Both the position numbers and the translations under genes were made by a program. A stretch of DNA of 64,000 bases from Amoebidium appalachense (Eukaryota; Protista; Ichthyosporea): positions 8,572,907 through 8,636,906 of the forward strand of contig CAVNZM010000001.1 of the NCBI GenBank assembly GCA_963693365.1, read 5' to 3'. The notes beneath the pieces were generated by a model. It saw only the letters and a list, made by a program, of their open reading frames with translations. It did no database searches and was not told where the DNA came from. How positions within the stretch are numbered: position 1 is the stretch's first letter; each line of letters starts with the position of its first letter. Positions 1 to 15,911 of this stretch are shown here, in pieces.

Positions 1-1520
<1,520 letters not shown>

Positions 1521-2371
1521 CTGCAGAAGCTCTATGGCAAGGGGGGGAGGAAGCGGGGTGGGCGGTGGAGGAAGGGGAGGTGAGGGGTAGGAGGAGAGCG
1601 GGGGGAGGGGGGAGAGGGGGGGGGATGGAAGGCAACATTAGTGGTAGTTAGTGATTGGAGCAAGGGGGAACTACTGAGGGGGAGAGGGGGGAGGGGGGGG
1701 GGTGGGTGATTGGGGGAAAAGGGGAGAGGGGGGGGGGGGGGGGGAGGGGGGGGGGGGGGGATACAAAGAGGAGTCGAGATGCAGATTCCCAGGCCGCTTT
1801 GGACGAGACACGGGGAGACCAGTTATAAAGCCGTGGGAGCTTGCCTATGGAACACATGCACAGCACATGACAAGGGATCAACAAAACCCCTTACCTTTTG
1901 GAAATACTGGATAACTCTGGGGCAGGAAGGACCCCTGGGGTAGGTTCATGTTTATGACAGTGTATTCGGGCTCCATTCTGTGAGAGCTTCCGCGATGTCG
2001 AAGCTACAAGGTATGCAAACGAGAGGTTCTGCTCCTACGAATTGCAGGCCAAAATGGTTTCTTTACTTCCCTTCTTTGCTATTCTTTCCAATAACGCCAG
2101 TTTGCGTGTGTGATCGTCCGAAAAGCAATTGCCTTCATACAACCCGTGCCCTAAACAGAGCTCGAAGGCTTTTGACTGTTTGAGACTGAGTGTGATGGTG
2201 AACCAATCCGCTAATCCCAGTCAAGAGAAAATTGCACACTCTGTTGGCTCTACACTCGGCCGGATTACGTCAGCATTACGTAATGCGGCCAGAGCTCAGT
2301 AGGGCAGCATTTCTGTCAGTCTGTGGTCCCCGTAGTACGTACATGTTGGTTCCCTAGCCCCAAGTTGTCAC

Positions 2372-2490
2372 CAGGAATCGCCAGATTTCTGGTATTTATA
2401 CCGTCAGAGTGCATACTATGTAGTTGCGTCATCGCCATGACGTCATCCCTGCCTGCTGCTGAGTGTGCGCACAGACAGACAAGCCTTGGT
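2372..2490 (+). repeat. Dispersed ~120-bp repeat, with an inverted copy at ~14500-14616
   Basis: CAGGAATCGCCAGATTTCTGGTATTTATACCGTCAGAGTGCATA...GTTGCGTCATCGCCATGACGTCATCCCTGCCTGCTGCTG is present as the reverse complement ending at 14616. Confidence 0.85.
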
Positions 2491-4172
2491 ACAGAAATTT
2501 TGGAACTTCTACTCATACCCAAGAAAGTATGCTCGTTCTCGACTGGGTTACAACCGAAAATGTTGCCTAAGCAGGAAGTGTACTGTTTCTGAATTTTTGC
2601 ATGTTGTTGCACTTGGAGCTGTTACAAAAGTATTTAAAATCCAGTTAAAGTAGAATGAAAACTTTTTGACCCAGTAATGTTAATAATCTTTCTTTTTTTT
2701 ATTTCGGATGAAGACTCATCTTGGCGCCTAGCTTGTAAGATGAAGATTCATTTTAGGCGCGTAAAACGCCAAGTTCTTGGTTTACGGAGACGGACAGTTA
2801 TACCCATGAAAGTATGCCGTATTGGGGTTCTACTGAACTGTTGGCTTCGGCAGTACCCGTGTTACGTGTATTGCAATTGTTCCTATTTGTTTGTGGTTTT
2901 TGACAAATAAATCAACCGAAAGTTTTGTAGTTGTGAAAAATTTATCAAGTTCTATTGGGCCCCGATCAAAAGGTAAATGAACCATTTTCTATTTATCCTA
3001 GATGTGCTGAGGGTCTTGGGGTCTTAGAGGGTAATGTGGTATTAATTATTACCTGTACAGTTACGGGCCCTTGTGGTGGCAGTTGGCTCTATAGCCTTGA
3101 TTTGTGTACCCGCTTGCTTGGTAGTGTTGGTTCCTTTTGCATCTCCCGTTACAGCTAGGCTACCTTGTTTGGCTGCTATTCTCCTTGCAATTGGAGGGTT
3201 ACTCCTGTCGCCGCGCCCCCTAAGGTAGTTTTGCAGCCTTACATGTTCTGTATTGATCAGTATTGCTCTTTTGAAACCTCGTGTGCTGCTCCAGTGATAG
3301 AGTTTTGGCCGAGGGCTCTGTCTCTAGAGTAGTTACAGATGGCTTCCTTGCAGTTTGTAGCCTAGTGTACATCTTCGTGGCTTTGATGGAGCAATCTAGC
3401 CATGCCCCAAGCTTCTCATTTTGTACCCTGCCATCGATATCGATGCTAATTACATATGTTAACGTACATGCATTTACTCAAATTTCTGTGTGTTAACGTA
3501 CGCGTTTCACTAGTCAATGATTTCTGTGACTCAATTCATATTAGGTCACCTTTATTGAGGTTTTCTTTGTTCTGGCAGCCGAGATATCAACGTATCGTTT
3601 TCACTCCTGCCTTTAGTTAGTGTTTATTTGTATTTTTATACCTTTGGGTCGACGTCCGTATTCCAGTGAGCCTACTTCTCGTTTGAGTGACTCGAAAATC
3701 GTCTCTCGAGATATCTGGGATATCTCTTTTTCGTGTCTTTCGAACATATGAGCACATCAATAAAGTCATTATAAAAAAATTATTACTAAATGCTGTCATG
3801 TATCCAAAAACCCTTGGCTGTGTTTAAGGAGATCCCACTGCCGGCGCGGGCCGATGGCCACGGGGTCACGGGCGGGGGGAGGCCGCAACCGTGAGTGCAA
3901 CTTGCAACCATGGCATTGATGTTGGCGAACTATGGATTTACATTGCCGCATGATGCATTTGTCGTTGTCAGTGTTCAGAGCCTTGTATGTTTATTTTTAT
4001 GGGCGTTGTAATCCAGTACACCAGTGTCACTATGATACATTATATTTATCACGGCCGCGTTGGCTGCCTCGATCATTGGAGGTATACGTACGCGTGTACG
4101 CGTACTGTGGACTCGAGCTCCGAGTCGCGGCGGGAGTGAAGGGAGAGGGAAGGTGATATGGAGAGAGGGAGC

Positions 4173-4370
<198 letters not shown>

Positions 4371-4997
4371 AGAGAGAGAGAGGGGGAGACTGAGAGAGAG
4401 AGAGAGAGATTGAGAGAAAGGGGTGGGGGGGGGGGGTGGGGGGGGGGGGGGGGGGGGGGGGACAGAGCAAGGCTAGAGTCTGTCTTAAAGTTTACAGCAC
4501 CATCACTACTATCCTGTCACATCCGGTGGCGGCCCCCTTGATATCACCCTGCCAACCACCCCGTAAATGCTCCCTCCTCTACAGAGTGTCGTCTTTCTTT
4601 CTGCCATACAGTGTTCATATTCCCTGCTCTATTCTTGCCCCCGGCCTCCCCCCCCCCCCCCCCCCCCCTTCTTTCCATATTCAGGCTCGTCAAGCTGATG
4701 TTTAACAGGTCCGACCCCCCCCCCCCCCTCCCCCCTCTCCCCCCTGCCCCCCCCCCCCCTTCCCCCCCCCCCTCCCCCCCCCCCCCCCTCTCCCCCTTCC
4801 CACCCCCCTTCTCACCCTGCCATAAATACTCTGACCAGTCGCCAAACCCTACCCCTCAAAAATATCACTACCATATTGCAACCACAACCTCATCCGTGCA
4901 ACCCCCCCCCAACACAACTCTCTTTCTTCATCAAATAAAGGCTTGCTAAACACAAACGAGTCCCCTGCCTATCCCCCCCCCCCCCCCCCCCCCCCCC

Positions 4998-5126
4998 TGT
5001 TGCAGGAAAATCACGTGTCCAGGAAATTCGTACTCCCCCTAAACCCCCGTTCAGGAAAATCACGTAACCCGCCTAAATGTTGGATACGTGATTTTCCTGG
5101 AACCCCCCCCCCCCTCCCCCGTCCCC

Positions 5127-5186
<60 letters not shown>

Positions 5187-5476
5187 CGCATTGGATAATA
5201 TTATGCTGATAGTTGATTAATTAGTCTGAGTTCATTTACTTAATTTTTTTTTCGTCAATTTTCGATCACATTGCCATAGCTATTCACGGAGGGGTGTGTG
5301 TATGAGTGAACATATGCGGTACATATGTGGTGCTGGGCACCAGGAAAGAAATCTTATTGGGTCGAGGGAGTGGCCAATAAACGTGCAATGATCCCATCAT
5401 CATCCCGTCACCAAAATCAAAGCATGTTTCATGAATCGTCAACTGTAACTGCACTGTTTTGTGTCTGTGTGTGTTT

Positions 5477-5513
<37 letters not shown>

Positions 5514-7168
5514 GGGGGGGGGGGGGGGGATCATGTGATTGTTATACGTGTGACAAATCTGTGTATATGGGGGGGGGGGGGGGGGGGGGGGGGGGGCTGA
5601 ATAGAAACCACGGTAATCTTTTTTTTTTTTTTTCACGGTAATCACCCATACATAAAGAGTGCAGATATCCAGATGGATTATTATATATAGCAATTTCAAG
5701 AGAGCAGTAAGCCAATCGTGAATGTTCACGAATCAGTTCGTGGATAACTGGGACTGTTTAAGCTCTATGACTTTTCAAGATCACTGAGTTACGGAACACA
5801 CAGTGTGCAAGGAATCACTTTATGATCCACGTCGCCCGTCTTCAATTTGAAACACGTTCATCCAGGAGCGTGGGCCAGATTAGCATTCCCATTACCGTAG
5901 ATATAGTGCATGCGTTGGACTCGTTTCGGTTTTCAAAAAGTCAGCATTTATAAAGCATGTATTCACACACACACACACACACACACACGCACGCACGCAC
6001 ACGCACACACACACACACACACACTCACACACACGGTGGAGTGTCGAGTGATACCGCCGATTGTATTGGATGATGACCTGATCAAAAAGCTTGCCAGGTT
6101 CTGTGTAACCGGAAAGGAGCGACGAGTCAGCAGCCAACGCGGTCTCCAGCAACCCACGTATAGTGCGGTGCAGACGCTCGATCTCACCATGCCCCTGGGG
6201 ACTGAATGCTTTGAGATTCATGATAGTGATGCACCGCTGCGTACACCATGCCCTGAACTCGTTCGATACAAAGCTGCCGCCGTTGTCGAGCCACAGTTCA
6301 ATGATATCGGTGTCCATCAAAATGCGCTCCAGTAATCGAATAACTTCCTCTGTGGTTTCCGCTTTCACCGGTATCCCCCACCCATCCTTGCTGTGATGGT
6401 CAATGCCCAAAAGCATGCGCCGTATACGCGTTGTAGGGTCTTCTGGACACCCACTGAAATCCAGGAGAGCCTGCCAGGGTCCGAATTTAATGTCAGCGTG
6501 CCATTTCCATCAAACTTCTAATAGGCGAAAGGTATATCGTAATGGGCAACTTGAACGGTCTCCAAACATCCACCTTTCCTTTATACCCCCCTCCCCCCCC
6601 CTCCCCCCCTTCCCCTCCCTCCCACCCCAGCTTTCACCTTCCCACACATCCAACTTTAATTATCCGATGAATAACTTTCTCCCACTCTTACAGTTGCACT
6701 ATACAGAATATAAAGAATGAGAATTGCTGTAGTCCCAAGGTGATGACCAGACCTTTCGTAGCCAACATATGGGCCACATTTTCCACAGAAGATTACAACT
6801 CCATGCTGATAATCCATCACGTGGACCCTGTTATGTCTTAAAAATATTGTGCTATTGCTTGTGTATCCCACTGTTCAATAATCACGAACGTGGAAGCATG
6901 TGATCGTTTTTCAGGTGCTGAGTATACTGCTCTTTAATTCCTGTGTCTGTTAATATTGTCAGAAATAACCCGCAGGTAAAGGACGGTGAGATCTGTGAAC
7001 ACGTGAACAGTTGTTCCTTAAGTTGTTCTTCAAAATCCATACAGGCTTATTTACTCTGTATATTCAACAACTCCAAGTCATGGAACGAGATGTAGGGGGT
7101 CATTCTGAAATAAATAGCACCCGGAACTGCCTGTATTTATCTCCAACTACGCCTAAAACGTCCCCCCC

Positions 7169-7199
<31 letters not shown>

Positions 7200-7398
7200 A
7201 AAAAAAAAAAGGAAAAATAAAAAAAGAAATAAATAAATAAGGGAAAATAAAAATCAAAAACCGGTTACCATTTGATCATAAAACGTGAGCCCACCTGGAT
7301 ATCCTAATATCTCTGGATTTGTCATTCTGTAAACTTCGGCACGTGTTTGCTGTGTGGATGTATGTAAATTGGGCACTTGCGAGCATTGGCTGTGCGTG

Positions 7399-7497
<99 letters not shown>

Positions 7498-7614
7498 GTG
7501 TGTGTGCGTGTGTGCATGTGTGTGTTTGTGTACGCGTGTGTGTGTGTGTGTATGCGTTAGCGTGTGTGTGTGTGTGTGTGTATGCGTTAGCGTGTGTGTG
7601 TGCGTGTGCGTGTG

Positions 7615-7666
<52 letters not shown>

Positions 7667-7955
7667 TGTCTGTGTGTGTGTGTGTGTGTGGTGTGTGTCT
7701 GTGTCTGTGTGTGTACTACTCCGCAAAGAGGTCCCTTAATGTTAGTAATCTCATCATGTTCCATCCCCCCCCCCCTCCCCCCCTCCTGACCCCTTCCCTT
7801 ATCCCTTCCCCATGTCACAGCCAGAACGTAAACGCGGAGGTACCCGTAACGTGATTATAGAAGTCATCATGAGTCACCCCTACATTAATCCTCAGCACAC
7901 AGTCCTTTTCGTTCCCCCCCCCCCCCCCTCTTCTATGTGCAGGCAAATGCACATG

Positions 7956-8029
<74 letters not shown>

Positions 8030-8157
8030 GAGGACGGAGGGGGGGGGGGTTCCAGGAAAATCACGTATGATCCAACATATAGGCGGGTTACGTGATTTTC
8101 CTGAACGGGAGGTTTAGGGGGAGTACGAATTTCCTGGACACGTGATTTTCCTGCAAC

Positions 8158-8158
<1 letters not shown>
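4998..8158 (-). mobile_element. Ginger/TDD-type DNA transposon (retroviral-integrase-like transposase, TGT...ACA ends), degenerate
   Basis: Terminal inverted repeats of at least 105 bp: 4998 TGTTGCAGGAAAATCACGTGTCC... and ...GGACACGTGATTTTCCTGCAACA 8158, with internal repeats of CAGGAAAATCACGT. They enclose an rve integrase. Poly-C lies on both flanks, so any TSD is all C. Confidence 0.85.
5892..6870 (-). pseudogene. Degenerate intron-containing integrase/transposase of the Ginger-like element
   Basis: Motifs WHADIKF, LLGIDHHSK, LWLDNGGSF, SPQGHGEIERLHRTI and YNRRYHSTL, plus an upstream FCGKC. There is an apparent GT-AG intron at ~6574-6691 and a (GT)n intron starting at ~6033. The frame is disrupted upstream of WHADI. 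Confidence 0.75.
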
Positions 8159-8230
<72 letters not shown>

Positions 8231-8529
8231 ACAACCTATCTCGAATTGATTGGGAACTTCTTTAGCTGAATTTTGCAACAATCTCCAAGCCCTTTAAGCA
8301 TGTGTTTGCACTTTCAAACACTAGTTTTTACATGCACGACATAGATGCGAGACTTTTTGCATATATCACAAACACAAACGTCATATTAATTTACTCATGT
8401 GGCGAAACACAAATAAAGATCATTCCGCCACGTGACCTTACAACTTGTACAAATGCATATGATGCACAACGGCAACCATTTTGATCACTTACCGTGCGCA
8501 GTAAAACCGACAGCTGTTTCTAATGTGAA

Positions 8530-9339
8530 TTTTTTTTTTCCACGTCTCCACCGTTATAGAGTTGCTCTTCATTTGGTTTCAATAAGTGTATGATGTGGCC
8601 CAGCCCAGAAAAGTATGTGGCACCTTTGCAAAAAAACAAATGCCGTGACTACTAAGCTTGTGCACAAACTTATGAAATGCACATTCTTGCAAATATCCGG
8701 TGACGTCAGTGACTAAGCTTGCGCACAAACATATGAAATGCACATTGTTGTTTTCTGTTACATTGTTTTTATGCTAGAACACAGCAGGCTCATGTGTGTG
8801 CATATATCTGATGGCATGTGTGCATTGTTGACCGCACATGTGTACTTTTATGAGGCTCTTTGTGGCAGTTTGCATGTCTTTGCAGATCACAGGTGCTCAG
8901 TGTGTTGAACAATAAAGCTCAATCGGCAGAGATTGCAGGAGCTGGAGATGTCTACAAGTGTTTTTAGGGAGGGTGGAAGCTGGGGGGGGGGGGGGGGGGG
9001 GTTAAGGGAAGAGGAGAAAGTTGCGTGCATGTGTTCGGTACTCCTTGCACATGTGTGCGGGTGTGGCAAGTAATGCCGCGCGGAAGTAAACTTTGCAATT
9101 CACTGGTGGGTGTTGAACAATAATACTCATTAAACAGAAATTACAAGAACATGAGATGTGTCTAGATGTGTTTGTAGAGATGGTGGAAGTGGGGGGGGGG
9201 GGGGGGGGGGGGGGTAATGGGGGCGTAAAGGGAAGAGAGGAGAGTTGTGTGCAGGTGTGTGGGAATGTGTGTGTGTGTGTCTGTTTTGCACGTGTGTGTG
9301 TATGTGAATGCGCGTTTGTGCGCGCGCGCGCGCGCGCGC

Positions 9340-9388
<49 letters not shown>

Positions 9389-9900
9389 TGTGTGTCACGG
9401 TGTGTGTGTGTGTGTGTGCGCGCGTTTAGTTGGTGGATGTTGGTGTCTTGATGGGTACTACAGCGTTGCTATATAGAGAAAGCGACAGTATTTACGTGCC
9501 TTCTTGTTCTTGGGGTCTTTTTTTTTCTTTTTTCCCCGCTGCATGTCTTGCCACCCCCGCACACATGTGCAAGGAGTTTTTTTTCCACGTCTCCACCGTT
9601 ACTAATGATAGAGTTGCTCCTAATTTGGTTTCAATAAATTTATGATGTGGCCCAGCCCAGAAAAGTATGTGACGCCTTTGCAAACAAACAAATCCCGTGA
9701 TTACTAAGCTTGTGGCACAAACCTATGAAATGCACATTGTTCCATATGCCATGACTACTAAGCTTGTGCACAAACCTATGAAATGCACATTGTTGTTTTC
9801 TGTTAGTACTATTATTTTTATGTTAGAACGCAGCAGGCTCATGCGTGTGCATATATCTGATGGCCGATAGCAAATATGATGATGATGTGTGCATTGTTTA
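8530..9900. repeat. Imperfect direct duplication (~8530-8830 and ~9577-9900) with internal subrepeats
   Basis: Both copies share TTTTTTCCACGTCTCCACCGTTA...TATGATGTGGCCCAGCCCAGAAAAGTATGTG...ACTAAGCTTGTGCACAAAC.TATGAAATGCACATT. The last motif occurs twice per copy. Confidence 0.85.
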
Positions 9901-10843
9901 CGGTACTAGGCATGTGTACTTTCTCGACTGCTTGAATTCATGTTCAAACTTAAGATCTTCCTTTCTTATGTTCTTTGTTTTAAAATTATTACCGTACTTG
10001 CAGATAAGGATAAAGCCTGAGCCTCTGGCAGGTCAGGAAAAAAGAATGCAAACCAAATGAGTTATGTGAAATCCGGACAGCCGTTAGTCACCCAACTTCA
10101 ACGTATCAACTTAGAACCCACCGGGTCCGCGATTTCTGGTGGACCGTCGGAGGCTGCATGGCCGCAGACGCTCTTGTGCACATGTTGGGCAAAGGCATAA
10201 GAGTATATTTTTGAACTTGTATGATTAACTTTTCTACACTGTGCTCATCTTCTCGGGTCTAAGGTACGTGTAGTAGACTCAATGGTGACCCAGTCAACTC
10301 TGTTGGTGTGATGTTCTGACACATGGTTGAGAAAAGGTCAGTGCCTTCTCGACGTTAAAGTTGGCTGTCTTTTCAGCAAATCATCTCAAAGACACCCCCC
10401 TCCATTCTTCTATTAGAATTACATACATTCACCCTTAACCGGTATGTGAATATGTTTACCCCTTCTCGAAACATGGGTCAAGGAGAGAAAACTCGAGTTT
10501 TCAAACCCTTGACTCTTGGAAGCTTCTTTGAGATAAAGTTGATGTGTTTTTATCTAACCGCTGCTAGTAAGCCTTGGCCCGTAATGCTCTCAATATACGG
10601 CCTGGTTCCAATAGCTGCTAGAGCATCCCATCTCGTGCTCAAATTCAACAAGCACATAGTATAAGCTGCTTAAAGGGGGTTTCTTTTAGGCCGATCAATT
10701 GTCCCCATTCCAGCACTTCCGGGTCAAGCCATTTGTTCAGCATATAAAACATGACATGAACTGTAATCTTCTTTACACACACACGCACGCACACACGCAC
10801 GCACACCGTAACGCACGCGCGTGCACGCGCGCGCGCGCGCACG

Positions 10844-10927
<84 letters not shown>

Positions 10928-13227
10928 AGCCTACCGAGTGCTCCAGGGCACCCCGAAAAAAAGAGAAAAAAAAAAAAAGGGGGGGGGGGGGGGGGGGGGG
11001 GGAGGGGGGGGAAACCAACTGAACCTAGATATTCATTTTTGTTTGTACAATATTTCATAAAGAAAGCAAACCCTTATACAGTTAACCATCCCCTGACCTC
11101 CATGAACTTGATATAATGCTGAGGAGATAAACCAAACAAAACCTCCCTCGTATCTGAAGGCTCGTCTCTGTGCCTCCAGTAAACAGCGTAAACCCCCTTT
11201 AAATATATCACGTTATTCGGCATGAGGTCGGTATTTTTTTTAATTGTATGCAGTATCCATCGGGCCACAAGGTCTCCCAAGGCCATAAATGTAGATCACG
11301 TGATTAGATATATTACCACATTTTATGGTGTGTTGTTACACACGCATGCACACACACACACACACATACACGCGCACACACACAACGCACACACACACAC
11401 GCACACGCACACACACCTCACCTTTCCTCACCAAATCCCCCCCGCCCCCTCTCCCCCGCCCCCCCAAGCTCTCTCACTGCCTTCTTCAACACACACCAGT
11501 TGACATCCCCCCCCCCCCCCCCCCCCCCTCAACACTAACCCACTAACACGTACACATTCACTCAAAAATTTCTCAACCTCCCCCCCCCCCCCCCCCCTCC
11601 CCCTCCACCAACTTTTCAAATGCAGCATTGCACACACCCTTTCTCAGGCGGTTTGCCGGCTTAGCGACCAGCATTGGGCCGATGTTCTGGACCAGCACAA
11701 ACAGAGTGCACGCACGCACGCACACGTATACGTACAAGCACACACGCACGCACGCACACACGCACGCATGCAAGCACGCACACGCCCACACATCCACATC
11801 CACACACGAATGATTGTGACACACACAAACACGCACACGTCCACAAACACGCACACACACACACACAAACACATTTAAACACCACTTGTGACACACGTAT
11901 AGACGCACACACACGCCCACCCACCCACACACACGTACAATTAAAACGGCGTCGCGAGATTCTTACACACACATGTACACGTGCACCCTGTGCGCACACA
12001 CGCACGCACATGCCTGCACACACTTAACACACACACATAGAACTTATTAAAAGCACACGTGCAATATCACACACACACGCAAATACAAGTACATTTACAC
12101 ATGCACATGTGCGCACACGCTTACACACACACACGCACATGCACGTGCACACACGCACATACACGCACACGAGCACACACACACGAACACACACGCGCAT
12201 ACACGCGCACACACGCGCACACACGCACACACAAGCACACACACACATGCACGCACGCACACCACACAGCCACACATGTACAGTACTACACACAGCCCCG
12301 CAAAACAATCCGCAAAACCAATTCTGCCTCGGAGTCCCGGAGATTTTTTCCGAATTGGCCTGATAGGCTATTGGATCGGTGCGAGTTCATTTTCGAAGAC
12401 CACTGTAGGTGATGGCACAGAAAGGGAAAAAATTGTACTACCTTCAAATATGATAAATACCTGTAGCTATCATGATATATTCTAACGTCGTCATCTGTGG
12501 TGCGTGCAAATAAATAATTATGTGGCTCAGCCTGCCGGCTGGCAGCACGTCGACAGTTTCCAACCCTTCGTGCTGCTTCCTTTTTTGGATTTATTGCCCC
12601 ACTAGTCTGAAAGACATTGATATTCGGATTGGATAACAGATCTGGCAAGATCTCCTGCGAGTTTGGCTCATCGTATAGCCAATCAACAACTTGGACAGTC
12701 TCTGTCACGGTGTGTGTGCATGTGTATGCGCGCCACGTGTGCGTGTGGGTGTGTGTGTGTTTGTGGTAGATACTATAAGATACGGCATATTTATTTACCA
12801 CAGCAATGACTGCATGTAATCATAATGGATCTGTTACAGTATTTGAAACAAAGTGTAGTAAAGACACATGTAATGGCAGAATGGTTGCAGCTTCATGTTG
12901 ATTCATTTCTGGGTCCCCCAGTCCATGAAATCCATGTAGCATCTGATTGGATAATAGTCAGACATTTTAAAACGCCTCTACATGTTCTTGCTACTGTCTG
13001 AATGACGTCACTATCTGTGGTGGCAAGCTTAGACATGCAAGCAGGAGGAGTCTGACATACTAATGCCAGCTCAACTTCATCGGCTGAGGTCGTCAGAGAG
13101 TCTGAGACTCTGCAGCTCTTTGAACGAAGATTTGTGTGCCACATGTTTTTAGGATGCTTGTAAGCTTAGTGTTTGTCTACAAACATAGGCGGTACCGGTG
13201 TGGCTTTGTCTTTTTGAATCTGCGAAG

Positions 13228-13569
13228 ATGGCGGGCACGGAAGATGCTGATCCCGGCGTCGAGCTTCAACTTCGCAATGAGGCCCAGCCAGTAATGGCTG
13301 TTGAACTTGAACGAACCTTGGGCTATAACCTCACAAACGACTTTTCAATTATCAACGAAATAACAAAACAATTGACCGTTCACCCACGTGACATTGAAGT
13401 AGGATTTGAAGAGACTGTAGGCATGATTACTGAGGCCCTTCTAAAAGAGGCAGAAGCTTTGGCTCAGGAGGCCGACTTGACTAAGATTACCACAAGGGGC
13501 GGTCGCTCCACAAACACCAAGGAGGCCGTTGTTATGGCGTTTGGCATTAGAAAAGCGCACGAAATTTAA
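13228..13569 (+). CDS. Hypothetical acidic helical protein (113 aa), possibly transposon-derived
   Basis: Non-repetitive ORF MAGTEDADPGVELQLRNE...FGIRKAHEI with protein-like composition. No motif recognised. Confidence 0.3.
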   Translation: MAGTEDADPGVELQLRNEAQPVMAVELERTLGYNLTNDFSIINEITKQLTVHPRDIEVGFEETVGMITEALLKEAEALAQEADLTKITTRGGRSTNTKEAVVMAFGIRKAHEI

Positions 13570-14404
13570 GCTGTGGCATTTTCGACAAAAAACACCTCTG
13601 GCGTGATTTTAATGGTGATGGTAAGAGCTTGTTCAAAGCGCAGACGGTCACACATGGTGCTGATGTTGGCCGGCACCATGGTGAAGGCTGCAGTGGTCAA
13701 CTCGGACTCGTCGGTACCCTCAGGGGCAGGGTCAGACGCCACCCGAGGGCGGCGGGTTGGGTGCAGTGCCGACGCTGCGGCAAGGGCCGCCATAGCCTGG
13801 GTAGCCCCGTGGGTCTGGGCCACCGACTCGGCATACGTTTTGACTTTCTCTGACACGTACACGGTCTTGGCGTCCACAGTAGTGCGGTACACCTTAGGGT
13901 TCGTTGTGGGTATGAATTTGGGAGACCCCGGGGGAGTGGGTAACCGGTTAACCCATCGGGGGCTGCCTGTGCTGCAGGGGCCGGGCCCGCATGGGCAGGG
14001 CCAGTGGGGGGTGCCCGGTCAGCTTTCACTGGCAGCTGCCGTAAGCGTGTCTCATTTGCTGAACGAGGAGGTCCGTGTGGTCCTGTTTGGCTTTATACTC
14101 GGCTAGTTGGGTTGTTAACTTCGGTGACTTGGGTGCGGAGCTGCTCAATGACATGATGCGCCATAAGTTTGAGCACAGATTTCCTAGCCTTCTCGGGTAT
14201 CAAGTGCAGTTGTTCTTTCGTAATACAACTACTGGCTGGCGGCACGGCCGGTGGCGCTTTAACCTCGGGAAAGGGAACCTGTTCCGCCCGGCTCTGTTTC
14301 GTTAACCTCTTATCTGGGGATTCTCCGTCCCGTGTATCACGTTTGCGGCTCCCAGGCGGTGTCCCAGGAGGGTCCGGGGACAAGGATACGTCCTGAGAAG
14401 CCAT
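13566..14404 (-). pseudogene. Disrupted GC-rich ORF resembling the N-terminal part of a non-LTR retrotransposon ORF1
   Basis: Intronless Pro/Ser-rich N-terminus (TPPGSRKRDTRDGESPDKR), a helical segment and a KTYAESVA motif. There is a stop at ~14093 and a later frameshift. The assignment rests on composition only. Confidence 0.3.
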
Positions 14405-14730
14405 GGATGGGTTCTAGCTGCCCCTCTAGGAGACTAAGTAGAGGTGGATGGATGAACGAAATGGATGGATGAACGAAGTGGATATGGCAAAAAATTCCTG
14501 GCATTTCGTTGTACCTTGTCTGTGCGTACAGCAGCAGGCAGGGATGACGTCATGGCGATGACGCAACTTTCATATGCACTCTGACGGTATAAATACCAGA
14601 AATCTGGCGATTCCTGCAGCTGGTGATTGGTAGGGCACGGTGTCTGTTTTTGGTGGACTTTGTCCTTTCTCCAAATGTTTGTAACGCACCAATGCATGCT
14701 ACCGCCTTTTCTCCCTCCCGTAAGTGTCTC

Positions 14731-14770
<40 letters not shown>

Positions 14771-14959
14771 CCCCCCCCCCCCCCCCCCCCCTCCCCCCCC
14801 TCCCCCCCTCCCCTCCCCCTCCGGGCCATGCATGTTTATGCACATCATATTCGTGCCACTGAGATATTGTACATGATTGGGCTCTCTATACACGTTTGGG
14901 CTCTAAGTAGTTATATCGGCCATCAGAAACACAAAAGTTACACAATATAAGCTACAAAG

Positions 14960-15726
14960 TGTTGGACATCGTGTTCATAGAAGCTAGTTCTAGTGCACGT
15001 TGTTCCTTCTGTAAGTCAGAAATGATTGCATCTTGTGAGGCCAACCTCTGCTCCAGTAGTTGGACTAGTTGCTGCAACTGTAAGTTGTCAGACATAGTGT
15101 CGTGTATGATGGGTAACTTGTCTATGTGTTTTGTGCACTGAAAACGACAGTAGAAAAAGTGTAAATCAAACGTTCTGCTTCCCATGTTTGTGACATGGGA
15201 GGCACTGCTTTATATAGTCGTTGGCCACCTCATGGTGGCCTCGTGTGCACCCTGGTGGTGGGCCATGTACAGCATGGCCGAAAAGAGAGCACAATGAAAA
15301 CAAGTCGTTAAAGATATAAAAGTTAACTGTGCACGTTGAGTGGCTAGTTAACTTGCACTAAAGCACACAAATAAACGTGTTTAACACACCAATTGCAGTT
15401 AAACGTAAATCTTACTTCACACAACTAAAAATATTCTGAGAATATCCGGGAATAAAGCACACTACCACTCTAAGAATAGAATCCTGTGGCAAATATAGAC
15501 ATGACATCATCTGAACCGGGAATATTACTTTAATGAGCACAATTAGCACGTTGCTAGTGAAGCTCGTCATTGGTACAGTTTTGGCTCAAACATATAACTA
15601 CCATATATGAATATGACCGTAAACAAAAGCTCTATGCACTCGAGTGAGTGTTGAAACAATTATTCAATTGCTCAGAGACTTTCTCTAACAGACATTGCTA
15701 GCCGGGAGTACCAGTGTACTCCAACA
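14960..15726 (-). repeat. LTR type A, copy 1 (3' LTR of the gag-pol unit, 767 bp)
   Basis: Reverse complement of 22912-23676, with only a few differences seen by eye. On the minus strand it is preceded by the PPT CAATTGAGTAGGGG (15727-15740). Confidence 0.95.
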
Positions 15727-15911
15727 CCCCTACTCAATTGGATAATTGTGGTATGAATTAATGCAACTGAGCTCGAGTGCTTCAGGTGCACAAAATACAG
15801 ACAATAAAGATTCCCCTACTCAATTTTAGTATGGTACACGTAGTTGCACAGTCGGATGCAACTCTCTCCCCCCCCTGAAGTATGAGGGCGCAGTTGGTTG
15901 ATGACGGGTGC

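Noticed and set aside
8640-9800. CRISPR-like array in the ACTAAGCTTGTGCACAAAC subrepeats
   Set aside because: The context is eukaryotic, the units are few and degenerate, and there are no unique spacers or cas genes. It is an ordinary local duplication.
10540-10660. Minus-strand LSTRWDA as a hAT transposase remnant
   Set aside because: Only one short motif is present, surrounded by stops, with no supporting domains or TIRs.
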